Source: Octopus sinensis (taxonomy: Eukaryota). Taken from it: DNA of 64,000 nucleotides. The notes under the pieces were generated by a model. That model was not told where the DNA came from. It did no database searches and was given only the letters and a program-made list of their open reading frames with translations. This document shows positions 51,156-63,807 of the stretch, one piece after another; the stretch's first letter is position 1, and each line of letters starts with the position of its first letter. The stretch spans positions 3,658,001 through 3,722,000 of the forward strand of contig NC_042999.1 in NCBI RefSeq assembly GCF_006345805.1. Reading direction: 5' to 3'. The translations under genes were made by a program, and so were the position numbers.

Positions 51156-51669
51156 AACACCAGCTTAATTAGAGTTACTTTGCTAAATGTTTCATTAATT
51201 TCAAAATTGATTGAAACAAAGAGTGTTTCAACAAAAATATGAGCAAAACAGTTAAATATTTGAATTTGTGGCTGTCACAATATCAAAGCAGACATATTGT
51301 CATAGCATGTTCAATGTCTTAGAGGTTTGATGTTAAACTTGCAGCTGCTTTTTATTAACATCACTAAAGAAGGAGAAGAGAGTCTCTTGATGGACTGTTT
51401 CGTGGTTTGTTGGCTGCTCTTTACAGATGACATATCCAACTTCCTTTTCCAATCAGTAACATAAATTAACTACTTATAAAGCAATCATGGTAGATAGCCT
51501 ATTTTGCATATAACATTTAATATTTATAATGCATAAATTTATTTCAGGTCTTCTGATTTACACTGCATTATGCAAAAATATTGTTTAATTAGTGAGAAAC
51601 AATCAGAACTCCAAATATGCAAATTAGGCTATCCACCATGGTGCTAACCTAATTAATGACTGCTTTTTA

Positions 51670-52065
51670 AACAGATGACTTATATTGTTGATCAGGGAAA
51701 GAAGCAGAATATCTTCTCAAACTCCACCTGTCTAACACCCGTGGACATGTTTACAAAGTCAGAAAACAGCACAGCTCCCATGGCTTTTGGAAACATTTTT
51801 TCACGATAAGAGTTGCTGAAGTATAGAACAAACTGCCAGCATCAGTTGTTAGTTATCGGGGCACTGCATCCTTCAAAACTTCCATGCTTCCTGAGATTCA
51901 CCAACACTACACCTGATTTTCTCCTTTCCATACACACGCAAGCATGTATCTGACTCATACACTGTTCACTTCCCAGACATTTGTGCATTACTGCATATGC
52001 TTTATACGCACTTTTGACAAGTTGTGGTGCACCTGAGCACTGTATACAATAATTTCATTACTATT
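51670..52065 (+). mobile_element. CR1-clade LINE 3' end
   Basis: TRGHVYKVRKQHSSHGFWKHFF...NKLPASVV...FKTS, then 3' UTR; homologous to 61700-62255. Confidence 0.85.
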
Positions 52066-52223
52066 TAAAAAAATTTTTTTCTATTATGAATAGTCAACAA
52101 ACCATGAAACTATCTGGCTTTTTTTCCACATATCAGTAGGATAGAAAGAATACAGTTACATTCTTGTTAACTCTCAGAAGTTTCTTAATTAAATTTATTT
52201 CAGATCTCCTGATTTATGCAGTG

Positions 52224-52276
<53 letters not shown>

Positions 52277-52707
52277 TTATATATATATGGATGGTTTTTA
52301 TATATATACATGGTTTGTGTCTGCTTTCAAATAAACTTTTAGCCTCCCCAGTGTCCTATCATCTTTCCTTGGTTCTTCGTCAACCAATCAGAATTAGGCT
52401 CATTCAGCAACAGTTTAATGTAACGAGATATCACATCTTGATTGAAAGCTTCAGTATTGAATAAAGTTGAGAACAGAAATAAATTGTAACATAAGAATCG
52501 AGGAAGTTTTATAAGTAACTTTGCAAATATCAACTTAAGATATAAATTTAATTTTAAAATAAAGGAAGCCAACAACGGTGCAGGAATGGCCATGTGGTTA
52601 GAAATTTCACTTCACCATGTAGTTCTAGGTTCAATCCCACTGTCCAGTACCTTGGGCAAATGCCTTGTGAGGGAGATTTCATAGATGCAAACTGTACAGA
52701 AGCCGAT

Positions 52708-53170
52708 AGTCATCATCATCATCATCATCATCATTGTTTAACGTCCGCTTTCCATGCTGGCATGGGTTGGACGATTTGACTGAGGGCTGGCAAACCAGAC
52801 TCCAATCTGATCTGGCAGAGTTTCTACAGCTTGATGCCCTTCCTAATGCCAACCACTCCGAGAGTGTAGTGGGTGCTTTTTACGTGCTACCGGCACGAGG
52901 GCCAGTCAGGTGGTACTGGCAATGGCCACACTCAAATGGTGCTTTTTATGTGCCACCCGTAAAGGAACCAGTCCAGCAGCACATATATAATGTCCATGTT
53001 CCATGCTGGCATGGGTTGGACAGGCAATAGGATCCAGTGAACTGGAGGATTGTATTGAGCTCCAATGTCTGTTTTGACATGGTTTCTGTGGCTGGATGTC
53101 CTTCCTAATGTCACACACTTTACAGAGCTTACTGGGTGCATTTTACATGGCACCAGCACCAGTGAGGTCA
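52708..53170 (-). mobile_element. Two family C segments
   Basis: ccatgctggcatgggttgga occurs at about 52752 and 53000. Confidence 0.7.
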
Positions 53171-53309
53171 CAAGTTACTGACAAGACAAAAAAGTTCCTC
53201 CTCAGCTGTGTGGGATTGTAGTAGAGACAGAGGTGGTTTTGTGCCAGGTGTTGAAAGGCTAAAGTATGAGAGAGAGTGTGGCACAGATGTCTTGCTATAA
53301 GGGAGATAT

Positions 53310-53350
<41 letters not shown>

Positions 53351-53369
53351 TAATAGTAATAATAATGAT

Positions 53370-53745
53370 ATGTGCATCTCTGATCATGAGCAAAAGTAGT
53401 GGGAAAGCATCATAGCCATATGTTGAGAGGGATTCTTTGGGGTTTGGATAATTCGCCTCTGGAAACATGGGTGTTTCGTTCAACACCCATAATCCTTATT
53501 CAGGGACCTTTTGAGCGGGATGGGCTACTCGACCAGAAGAAAATTCTGACTGAGCCCCACCTCATGTGCTGTTTATCTTGATATGAGATCACCATATCGT
53601 GCATGTATGGTTGTGATGCATGTGCCTAGTGTACCCTTATCAGACGGGTAGTCATGACGGGTATACTGGGCTTTGTATATTTTACCCCAGTGTCACTTTG
53701 ATGGAATGCACTGCTCTCTCACTCAATAATAATAATAATAATGAA
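53370..53745 (+). mobile_element. Probable LINE 3' UTR ending in (AAT)n
   Basis: GC-richer block ending ctctctcactcaataataataat; family not identified. Confidence 0.45.
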
Positions 53746-53885
53746 ATTATTGTATAAAGTGTTCAGGTGCACCACAACTTGTCAAAAGTGCATATAAAGC
53801 ATATGCAGTAATGTACAAATGTTTGGGAAGTGAACAGTGTATGAGTCAGATACATGGTTGCGTGTGTATGGAGGGGAAAGAGTAG
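53725..53885 (-). mobile_element. CR1 3' UTR fragment
   Basis: Reverse complement of the tail at 51900-52065. Confidence 0.8.
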
Positions 53886-54469
53886 AAGTAGCTGGAGATG
53901 AGAGAATGATGGTAGTGACAAGGTGTCAGAGTGTACTCTTAAGATACAAGAAGGCAAGCAGAAGAGAGAATAGGAACAAAGGATCAGGAAGGGTAGATGG
54001 ATAAATTGATTGGAATCTGAGGGGAGAGTGAGAGGTGGTTAGAAATAGGGGAGGAGGTGAATGTAATGAATGATGAACAAAGGTGGAGGTGCAGTTGATG
54101 GTAGATATCAGCTGGGAGGCTGGGCCAAGGAAAGAATAAGAATGGCTCAGGAAGGAGAGGGTTGTAAGAGGGAGTACAGGGGGTGGGATGGAAGTAGCAG
54201 TAGAATAAATTTGTAAATAGATCAGAAAATAGGGAGATGATGTATGGAGTAAAAGAGAGAGGGGAAGAATGGAGAAAGAGAGAGAGAGATGTACAGTGAT
54301 ATAAATGAAGAACAGAGGTATGTGGGATTAGCTACAGTGAGTAGGGGATAACAGTGGGGGTGAGGCTATCAACAGCAGGTATGAAAGGGTGTTGAGAATG
54401 ACAGCAGAAAAGAGAGGATGGATGTTAAAAGTGAGAGGATGCTTAATGTCCTATTCACGGCAGGCCTTC

Positions 54470-55025
54470 CTGCAGTTTTTCAGAACTTGAGGCAATCCAA
54501 CGAAGAAGATAGCCTCTATGCAGCATATAAGCTATTGGGAAAGACTCAAAAGATTAAGATTCTATTCCTTAAAGCGTAGGCGAGAAAGATATGCCATAAT
54601 ATACATCTGGAAGATCCTGGAAGGACTTGTCCCAAACTTTGGCATCGAGAGTTACACAAATACTAGAACTGGGCACCACTGCATAGTGCCAAGGACTCCA
54701 AATTTGCCATCAAGATGTAGGACAAGATACTGCAATAGCCTGGGCTTCAGAGGTCCACAGCTCTTCAATATCCTTCCGAAGGACCTGAGAGACCTGCATG
54801 GGGTGGATGCAGATGTCTTCAAAATAAAACTGGACCTCTTCCTGTCAGGTGTCCCAGATGAACCAACTTCACGGCAGGAGGTGCAGATGAGGGCAGCTGC
54901 ATCAAACTTTCTCATACACCAAATGGCAATTGCTAAAAAGCATTCGTGAAGTAAAATCATGTAGCAACACCAAATGGCAGTGCCCCAGCATGGCCACAGC
55001 TCGTGAGCTGAAACTAGATGAAAAA
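54470..55025 (+). mobile_element. CR1-like LINE ORF2 C-terminus plus 3' tail
   Basis: ORF 54518..54949: YWERLKRLRFYSLKRRRERYAIIYIWKILEGLVPN...GPQLFNILPKDLR...FKIKLDLFLSGVPDEP. Confidence 0.8.
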
Positions 55026-56664
55026 GAAGATATTTAGAAACAGAATCATAATTGCTAAATATCACCCTTGAAGAAACTCACTATTAGCCTAAGCTAATAG
55101 ATATGTAGTGAGGCTGTGAATGATTGATTTAATAAGGATAGGACAGGTATGAGTAAACTTTCTAAGAAAAACTGTAACAGGTGCTCACTTGTACAACTAG
55201 TGATAGGCCAGACACATTAAAGTGTGAAGGGAATTCACAATGATTTCTGAAAAATATTAAAAAATAGTTGTAAACCAGACACATTAAATAAATTTTATTT
55301 AGGCAAATTAATCTGCATTCGAATAAGCCAAATCCTCAAAGAAATCTAGATATGCTTACGTCATGATTAGTTCTTTTATTCTTTATCAAAATAATGGCAT
55401 TATGGAAGTTAACGTCATTTAAATAGGCAATTTTACGCAAGAAAAATATAAAAAATTCCGCATGAAAATTGTTTGTTATTACTATGATTAATATATATGT
55501 GGTGGTGGTGGTGGTGGGTGGGGGTTGAATAAGGAGAGAACTTTTTAAAGTATAACCCTGAAAAAAGTTATAAATGTAACTAAATTTAAAGAACTTTTAT
55601 TGAAATTAAGTGCCTTTTGTTTGTTGTTTTTGGGTCATTTTTTTTTTTTAAAGAATATACTTATGATTTGAGAAGTTTGTATTCAGCACTCATAAATTTC
55701 AGACATCTTTGTAACATTCCTAATGAGATGTGTTTATAAATCACAGAAATGTTTGTTTTTTTTGTTTGTTTTGTTTTTCCTAGATTTTTTTTTTTATATG
55801 ATTTGTGTTTGAAGCATCTCTTTAAAACTTGCCATTTCTCATAAAAGCTAAAAATTAAAATTAAAAACCAGAAGAAATCAGCAAAATAGACATTAAATTA
55901 AATCATTGACATTAGACAGATGAGTATTCGCCATAATAACGTTAGCATTTTTCAAATTAAAACCAAATAATTTCTTTCTCCCGAAGTAAATTTATTTCAT
56001 ATCAACTGAGTTTTGATGTGAAAATTGATCAATTAAAAGTTATTTGCTGTTATTTTGGCAGTTCAAAATTTAGACATGAAGTAGCAATAATGCTCATAAA
56101 TGAAATGCCAACATTTCTAAAAAAAAAAAAAAACTCTACAGAATTTTAGAACTTGGTTGGTAATGAATGAATATTTTGGATTTTGAGACATTGATACTAA
56201 AAATCTTACACAGAATTTATTAAATGCAAACAAATATATACCTAATATCTAAAGTTATTGATTTAATTATAATATTAACTAGTTAAAGAGAAAATGGTAG
56301 AGGCAACAGCGGATGAAAAATATTGTTTGTAAATTAATATAGGATTAAAAGACACCATTAATTTCCAGATATTAGTTGATTTGTTCTTTCTTTGATTTTA
56401 CCGATATAAACAATTCCTATGGGACTGGTGCCACTGTTCTTCCAGATTCTATATATTTTCAATTTGGATCTGGAGTGATAAATGGAATGAAAACGTTTGA
56501 AACTTTGACTACAGTGAATTCTAACTTGAAAAGTCTGGAGTCATCTTTCTTGTAGATTCCAGCTTTATTGACAAGTCAGTATATTGATGAACTCCGTTTT
56601 ATTTCCTTCATAGATTATTGCCATGAGTTATTGGTTTTGCATTCATTATTTGTCTAAATCATAC

Positions 56665-56710
56665 CTGCTCTGCAAAACTAAATACAAAAGGTATCAATAT
56701 AAAGGATTGG
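56665..56710 (-). other. Candidate exon (46 nt)
   Basis: tttaatttatatttcctag acceptor, CAG|gtatga donor; one open frame QSFILIPFVFSFAEQ. Confidence 0.25.
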
Positions 56711-56984
56711 CTAGGAAATATAAATTAAAAATCTATATATATGAAAGTCTAGGAAAATAAATCTAACACTTAATATACATTGCGGGCTTGTGTTGTTGGG
56801 AAGATGTAAAGGAAAGCAAAACTTATGATAGAACCGAGTTTCAATAGTTATTCTTATAAAAGTGACTAACTCTCAAAGGAGTAAAGCTGCTTAATAAAAA
56901 AAAAATATCCAACAAGCTAACAAGGAGCCGGTGTTCCTTTAAATACCAAAAACCATACTGAAAAGAAAAAAAAATTTTAAATAA

Positions 56985-57389
56985 GATGTAGGAATGGTTG
57001 TGTGGTAAGTAGCTTGCTTACGAACCACATGGTTCGGGGTTCAATCCCACTGCGTGGCACCTTGGGCAAGTGTCTTCTACTATAGCCTTGGGTCAACCAA
57101 AGCCTTGTGAGTGGATTTGGTAGATGGAAACTGAAAGATGCCCATCGTACATATGTGTATATATATATATATGTGTGTGTGTGTGTATACGTTTGTGTGT
57201 CTGTGTTTGTCCCCTCAGCATCGCTTAACAACTGATGCTGACAACCTCGTAACTTAGTGGTTTGGCAAAAGAGACCGATAGAATAAGTACTAGGCTTACA
57301 AAGAATAAGTCCTAGGGTTGATTTGCTCAACTAAAAGTGGCGCTCCAGCATGGCTACGGTCAGATGACTGAAACAAGTAAAAGAGTAAG
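56985..57389 (+). mobile_element. Family A CORE-type SINE
   Basis: Full head/core/tail. Confidence 0.85.
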
Positions 57390-58185
57390 GGGGGGAAGAG
57401 ATTTTTTTTCCGGACAATACAGTTCTAGATATACAAGACGATATAGTCACAGCTGATAGTCATTGCCTTTGGTCACAAATCAGCTCAATCAGAGTTGGCC
57501 CGAAGCTAAGCTATGACAACGAATACTCAGTCACTCCAAAACTTTGCCATTCTTAGATATATTAAGAGCTGCTATTTTGAAAGGAGTGCTGAAGGAAAGA
57601 CAGAGAAAATCTTCTGAATTACCATACACAATCTCCTGAAGCAATACAAGAATCGTGTCTATTAACTGAACAATCCTCACAGCATCCCTGCTTAGAGTTG
57701 TATATAATTTAATATTTCATGATATAATATATATGCAAATTGACATTAGAAATGCTACATACAACCAGAAAGACTGACAATTCTGATTGCAAAATTAAGC
57801 TGCTACAATCATTATTCAATTAATTTCATTTTCTTTAATCTGAATTCGCCACAGCTAGTTCAAGGTGTAATAGTTTCTCTGTGACTTATTCACACAATTA
57901 TTTAATAACAATAATAAAGTTTATTGGAAGAGGTGAACATATTTAACAATCTATGAATAAATTTTGCAGAATAAACAGATATTGTTTGTAACCTTTCTCT
58001 CATCTGTGAGATATTGAATTTCCAGGGTTTTTTTTTTTTTTTAAGCAGATGAAACAAAATCACTGCTTCTTTGTTTATACTAGAAAATGGTTTGGCAGTG
58101 TAGTGTCAGAACAAAAAAATAGTGTGCTCTTGTCATTTAATGTCCTTATTCTATGCTGGCATGGGTTGGACACATTGACAAGAAA

Positions 58186-58415
58186 CTAGCTGGCAGAAAC
58201 GTTAGCACACCGGGCGAAATACTTGGCCGTATTTTGTCTGCCGTTATGTTCTGCGTTCAAATTCTGCCGAGGTCGACTTTGCCTTTCATCCTTTTGGGGT
58301 CAATAAATTAAGTACCAGTTACATACTGGGGTCGATGTAATCAACTTAATCCCTTTGTCTGTCCTTGTTTGTCCCCTCTGTGTTTAGCCCCTTGTGGGCA
58401 ATAAAGAAATAAGAA
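58186..58415 (+). mobile_element. Family B SINE nested in a family C copy (about 58130-58560)
   Basis: Family C sequence resumes after aaataagaa. Confidence 0.8.
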
Positions 58416-59124
58416 ATAAGAATCTGATGAGTCCAAGCTCCAGTGTCTGCTTAAGCATGCTTTCTATGGCTGAATGCCCTTTCTAAAGTCAACCACTTTA
58501 CAGTGTGTACTGGGTGTTTTTTACATAGCACCAGCACTAGTGAGGTCACCATGTAACTCAAAAGTCTAAAAGCCTGAGAAAGTATTTGGTGTTGTGTCCT
58601 TATGTTAGACGGTGGTTAGATGGATATGAGGGAAGTGGTTGCATTAGAGCAGGTTCTTGTTGTAGAGAAGCTAGATGGCCACTTATATTTCCAAGAGAAC
58701 ATGACAATGAATTGGTGGTATGTCCTAAGAGACACAGTGGTGGTGAGGCATCCAGATGGAACCTCAGGTAGGAGTAGCAAGTTGGGGGGTGCGTGATTAT
58801 AAGAGAGTATGGGGGTAGAGATAAGGGAAGTAAAGTGGGAAAATGAGAGAGAAGTACATGAGTCAGGAAGGTTAGTAGCACAATAGTAATGAGAGATGAC
58901 ATGTTTGGATTGACTGCAGGAGCAAAGTAGAGGGATTAGTAGATGTAGTGCATGAGGAGAGATAATATGGTGGTCTGTGTTCTGAGTTCAAATTCCACTG
59001 AGGTTGACTTTTCCTTTCATCCTTTCAAGGTTGATAAAATAAGTACCACTTAAGCATTGGGGTCAATGTAATCGACTTATCCTCTCCCCTGAAATTGCTG
59101 GCCTTGTGACAAAATTTGAAATCG

Positions 59125-59475
59125 GTATTGTTATAGATGCCACTTGACTGGTTCCTGTGCCAGTGACATGTAAACAGCATCATCTGAGCGCGGTCATTGC
59201 TAGTGCCACCTGACTGGCTCCCATACCGGTGGCATGTAAAAAGCACCATTTGAGCGTGGTTGATGCCAGTACCGCCTGACTTGCCCTCATGCCAGTAGCA
59301 TGTAAAAAGCACCCACTACACTCTCAGAGTAGTTGGCGTTAGGAAGGGCATCCAGCTGTAGAAACTTGCCAGATCAGATTGGAGCCTGGTGTAGCCTCTT
59401 GGCCTGCCAGTCCTCGGTCAAACCATCCAACCCATGCTAGCATGGACAACAGATGTTAAACGATGATGATGATGT
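59125..59475 (+). mobile_element. Family C repeat with internal tandem subrepeats
   Basis: Three ~50-60-bp subunits, then the RTE-like tail. Confidence 0.8.
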
Positions 59476-59787
59476 TAGCAAATGAGAAAATTGGTATCAA
59501 AAGGCAGAAAGAGTTGCCATGGGGACATGTCGAATGGAGGGTGATGTGAAGAAGGAATTGAATGACTGTGTATATATAAACACACATACATAAACACATA
59601 TGTGCATATGCATATATATATATATATATATTTCCTGAGCGCCATACTAATACAATTGTTCGTTTGTCTTCCACCTGCCTTCGTCTTTTGTTTATTTTCA
59701 TAAAGCTTCCCGTTATATATATATATATATACCTACACAGTGCTTCAGAAGTCAGTTTCACCATAGTGGATGGGTTTTCTGAGAACC

Positions 59788-60012
59788 TCATCATCATCAT
59801 CATCATCATCGTTTAACGTCCATTTTCTGCGCTAGCACGGGTTGGACGGTTCGACCGGGGTCTGGGAAGCCAGGGGCTGCACTAGGCTCTAGTCTGATCT
59901 GGCAGAGTTTCTACGGCTGGATGCCCTTCCTAACGCCAACCACTCCGCGAGTGTAGTGGGTACTTTTTTACGTGCCACCTGCGCAGGTGCCAGGGGGGTC
60001 CGGCATCGGCCC
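59788..60012 (-). mobile_element. Family C repeat (young, CpG-rich)
   Basis: (cat)n cgtttaacgtcc...ggatgcccttcctaacgcc. Confidence 0.85.
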
Positions 60013-60237
60013 CCATATCACCAGATATCCCAGTCCTTTGTCATTTTTCTCTGTGAGGTTCAAGATCCTGGGTTCAGCCTTCACCATTTCGTTCCATGCC
60101 TTCTAGATCTTCTTTGTCCGCAGGCTCCAGCCATGTTTAGTGACCAGCACTTCTTAATACAACTATCCTCATCCATAAACATCACATATCCAATACAAGC
60201 AGTCTTCTTTCTTGCACACACCCACGTGTGTATGTGC

Positions 60238-60620
60238 ATGCAGGCATGGCTCTGTGGTTAAGAGGCTTGCTTTGCAACCACACAGCTGTGTTTGGTCCCA
60301 TGTCACAGCACCTTGGGCAATTGTCTCCTGCCATAGCTCTAGACCAGCCAATGACCTGTGAGTGAATTTCGTAGGTGGAAATATATTTAAGCCTGTTGTA
60401 TGTGTCTTTGTGTGTATGTTTGTCACTTCCCCTGCCTGACAATCATTATTGGTTTGTTCACGTTCCTGTCACTCTGCAGTTCAGCAAAACAGAGAAATAG
60501 AAAAGTATCAAACTTAAAAAAAAACAAAAAAACAAAAGTAATCAATTTGTTCCTCTAAAATCTCTCAAGGCAGTGCCCCAGCATGGCTGCAGTCCAATGA
60601 CTGAAACAAGTAAAAGATAA
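60238..60620 (+). mobile_element. Diverged family A SINE
   Basis: Head, core and ccagcatggctgcagtc tail recognisable. Confidence 0.7.
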
Positions 60621-60827
60621 ATATTTGTATTTCTTTAGGCAGAATTTGAACTCAGAATGTAGCAGTAGACGAAATACCACTAAGCATTTTGCCAAGACTG
60701 CTAACGTTTCTGCCAGCTCACTGCCTTTTAATCGTAGTATGTTATTTAGGGAAAACAGACTTTTATTATTGGTTCCCCCCCCCTCACCTAAAGGCTTAGA
60801 CAAAGGAAGAAGAATGGCAGTGCTTAC

Positions 60828-60933
60828 GATTCTTTTACAGAGCCTCAGAGATTTCTCACAGATTTCTCACAGAAAGGGTGACAGTTTTCCGCAGACCAGA
60901 GACTAAATCTGAATATCTGTGATGCAGCAACCT
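60828..60933 (-). other. Candidate non-coding exon (106 nt)
   Basis: ctgtgtgcctttcatag acceptor, ATC|gtaagc donor; stops in all frames. Confidence 0.25.
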
Positions 60934-61149
60934 CTATGAAAGGCACACAGTAGACAAGTGGTAGTGTTAATTGTTGTTTGCTGAATGAAGCTGTCTTTGC
61001 TTCAATTAATATTGACGATAATGAAGAATTTACGAAAGTAATTGTCATTAAAAAGCTGATGTTTATAATTAAAATTTACATGATGGATTGTTTTAATTTA
61101 GATTGCTTTCAAATAGGAAGTTTTATCATAGAGCCAGGGGCAGTCCCAA

Positions 61150-61440
61150 AACATCATCATCGTTTAATGTCCGCTTTCCATGCTAGCATGGGTTGGACGA
61201 TTTGACTGAGGACTGACGAACCAGATGGCTGCACCAGGCTCCAATCTTGATCCAGCAGAGTTTCTACAGCTGGATGCCCCTCCTAACGCCAACCACTCCG
61301 AGAGTGTAGTGGGTACTTTTATGTGCCACCGGCACGAGGGCCAGTCAGGCAGTACTGGCAACAGTCATGCTCAAATGGTGTTTTTTATATTCCACCTACA
61401 CAGGAGCCAGTCCAGCGGCACTGGCAACGACCTAAGGGTC
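61150..61440 (-). mobile_element. Family C repeat
   Basis: catcatcatcgtttaatgtccgc... Confidence 0.8.
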
Positions 61441-61699
61441 AATACATTTATCATTTGGTCACAATAGTATGGTAATACTGAGTCGATCCAAGCTATCACA
61501 TACCCAGCACAGAGTGTAGGTGATCAGAACCCAGGTGTACACATATTGTTGAGTGTCTACACGAGTGTACTACTAATAAGGTCTTATTTAGCTCTCCAGT
61601 GATGTACTCCAAATTGCATCTTTCTCTCTCTCTCTTTCTCTCTCATGACATCAATGACTGAAAGAGCATTGTCATAGAGTCTATTAAAGACACAACTAT

Positions 61700-62255
61700 A
61701 AAATTTGCATCACCGGTCTGGAACCCCTATCTTACCCCCAGGATATTAATCGTCTGGAAGCCGTTCAGCGACGTGCAACCAGGAGAATACCCTCCATCAG
61801 CCATTTGCCATATTCTGAACGCCTTACTTCCCTGGGCATGGATAAATTGAAACTCTGACGTCTGGCAGCTGACTTGGCAGACACCCATAAAATTATTAAC
61901 CATCTTACAAACAATAACTCTGAGCACCTTTTCAAACTCCATCTGTCTAACACCCGTGGACATGTTTACAAAGTCAGAAAACAGCACAGCTCCCATGACT
62001 TCAAGAAACTTTTTTCACGCTAAGGGTTGCTGAAACATGGAACAAACTGCCGGCATCAGTTGTTAGTTATTGGAGCACTTCATTCTTCAAAACTTCCATG
62101 CTTCCTGAGATTTGCCAACACTACACCTGACTCATGTATCTGACTCATACACTGTTCACTTCCCAGACATTTGTACGTCAAGACACATGCTTTATATGCA
62201 CTTTTGACAAGTTGTGGTGCACCTGAACACTGTATATAATAATTTCATTATTATA
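61700..62255 (+). mobile_element. CR1-clade LINE 3' end
   Basis: FASPVWNPY...INRLEAVQRRATRRI...YSERLTSLG...NTRGHVYKV...RVAETWNKLPASVV. Confidence 0.9.
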
Positions 62256-63807
62256 ATAAAGTTGTATCTATACTTTTTTCCCAAGCACTGAGGCAAGAAC
62301 TTATTACTATAAACTCAGATATATGATATATTTCAAAATTACAGAAAAACTAGGAGTAGTTTCTGTGACAAGCATAGAAACTCTTGCTTCCATATTATTC
62401 ACCCAGCTCTGCCATTCATTGCATATCTTTACATAGTAAAAGTCTTTAGAATTCTGAAATCATGATGGCTGTTGTGCTTGCTTGTCTAGTTTATATGTAA
62501 AACCAAGTGTTACATGTAAGTGTGAAGTTGTGTTTGTTAGAATAGCTTATATGTTACCTGAGTGTTATATTACAGGCATATATTTCAGTTTTGGTTAGAT
62601 ATCTTCATAGAAATCATCAGGTGACAAAATAATATGTTTTAAGTCTGCCGCAGATAAGATATATATCGCAGAATGAAGGAAATCATATAAGACTAGTTTT
62701 CAGTTTATCTCTCAAATGTTTTACTGCAATATCAAAACATACGTTCAATCACTGAACTAAAACTAAATAGAATTCATTTAGAAATAAACAGAAACATTTT
62801 TCTTTCAATCTATATTTCTTTCTCTTTTGTAACCCCCTAAACAATGTACAAAATTCTTATGTTAGTCATTGCTTGACTCTAAGAATTTTCCATAAATTTC
62901 CAATAATTGAATTTGTTACTCAGAATATTTACCATTCTACTATTCTGAAATCAACTTATTTCCTTTATGAAGAATTTTTTTTCTATTTTTCACAGATTCA
63001 GTATAATATTCTCACATTATAAATACATTCAATAATAACAGATCTCAACTGAAATTGAATTCTTAAATGATAGGGCTTGAGACATTCCGAAAAATGTATG
63101 AAATATTTAGTCATTTTTTTTTTATAAAAAAAGTATGTATTATTTTCATTATTATTTCCTACTTATTATCATCAGCATAAATATGTAAACTTTGGAAATG
63201 AAAACATTTTTTTTTTCAGACAAATCAAACTGAAAGATAACATTTTAAATAAACATTTTAAAACTGTTTTCTTTTTATTTTACCTATTGTTATATTGTTA
63301 CATACCTGAAATAGTCTCCCTCTCTATTATTTTCACTAAACATTTCTTTATCATTTTTTTTTTCTCTTTTCACTGTTTTTTTTTATGCCTCCTAAAATAT
63401 CTTTTCCATCAAGTCATGTTGTTTAGGACAGTATTCAATATGGATACAGAGCTTAAATCCAATTTGTCGACATTGCTTGTATTTGTTTCTTCATACAGTT
63501 GAAACAACAATATTATAAAAGAAAGAAAAAAGAAAGAATATTTTAGTCTGAAGCACATTTTAAGTAGTTCACTACTTTAACAATATATATTTCTGTAAGT
63601 TGCAGTGAAAGAAGATACTGAGAGCCAAAATAACTTTCCTACCATCAGCTATCATTATACAAGTAAAATTATTCAAATAATTTTAGGTTATAAACATTTC
63701 ACTTATATATAGTTTAAGTATTCAATTTTAACCTTTTCTTGACCACATTTCTGTAGAAATGCACTGCTTTTTCTTCAATTAATCTTGAAAATGAAAATGA
63801 AGAATTT

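Noticed and set aside
53890-54430. Purine-rich asymmetric tract (similar at 27500-27640 and 58780-58960)
   Set aside because: Low-complexity GA-rich sequence with no ORF or defined repeat unit.
62575-62630. Minus-strand CTGATGA...GAAA spacing
   Set aside because: No stem II or stem I can be formed.
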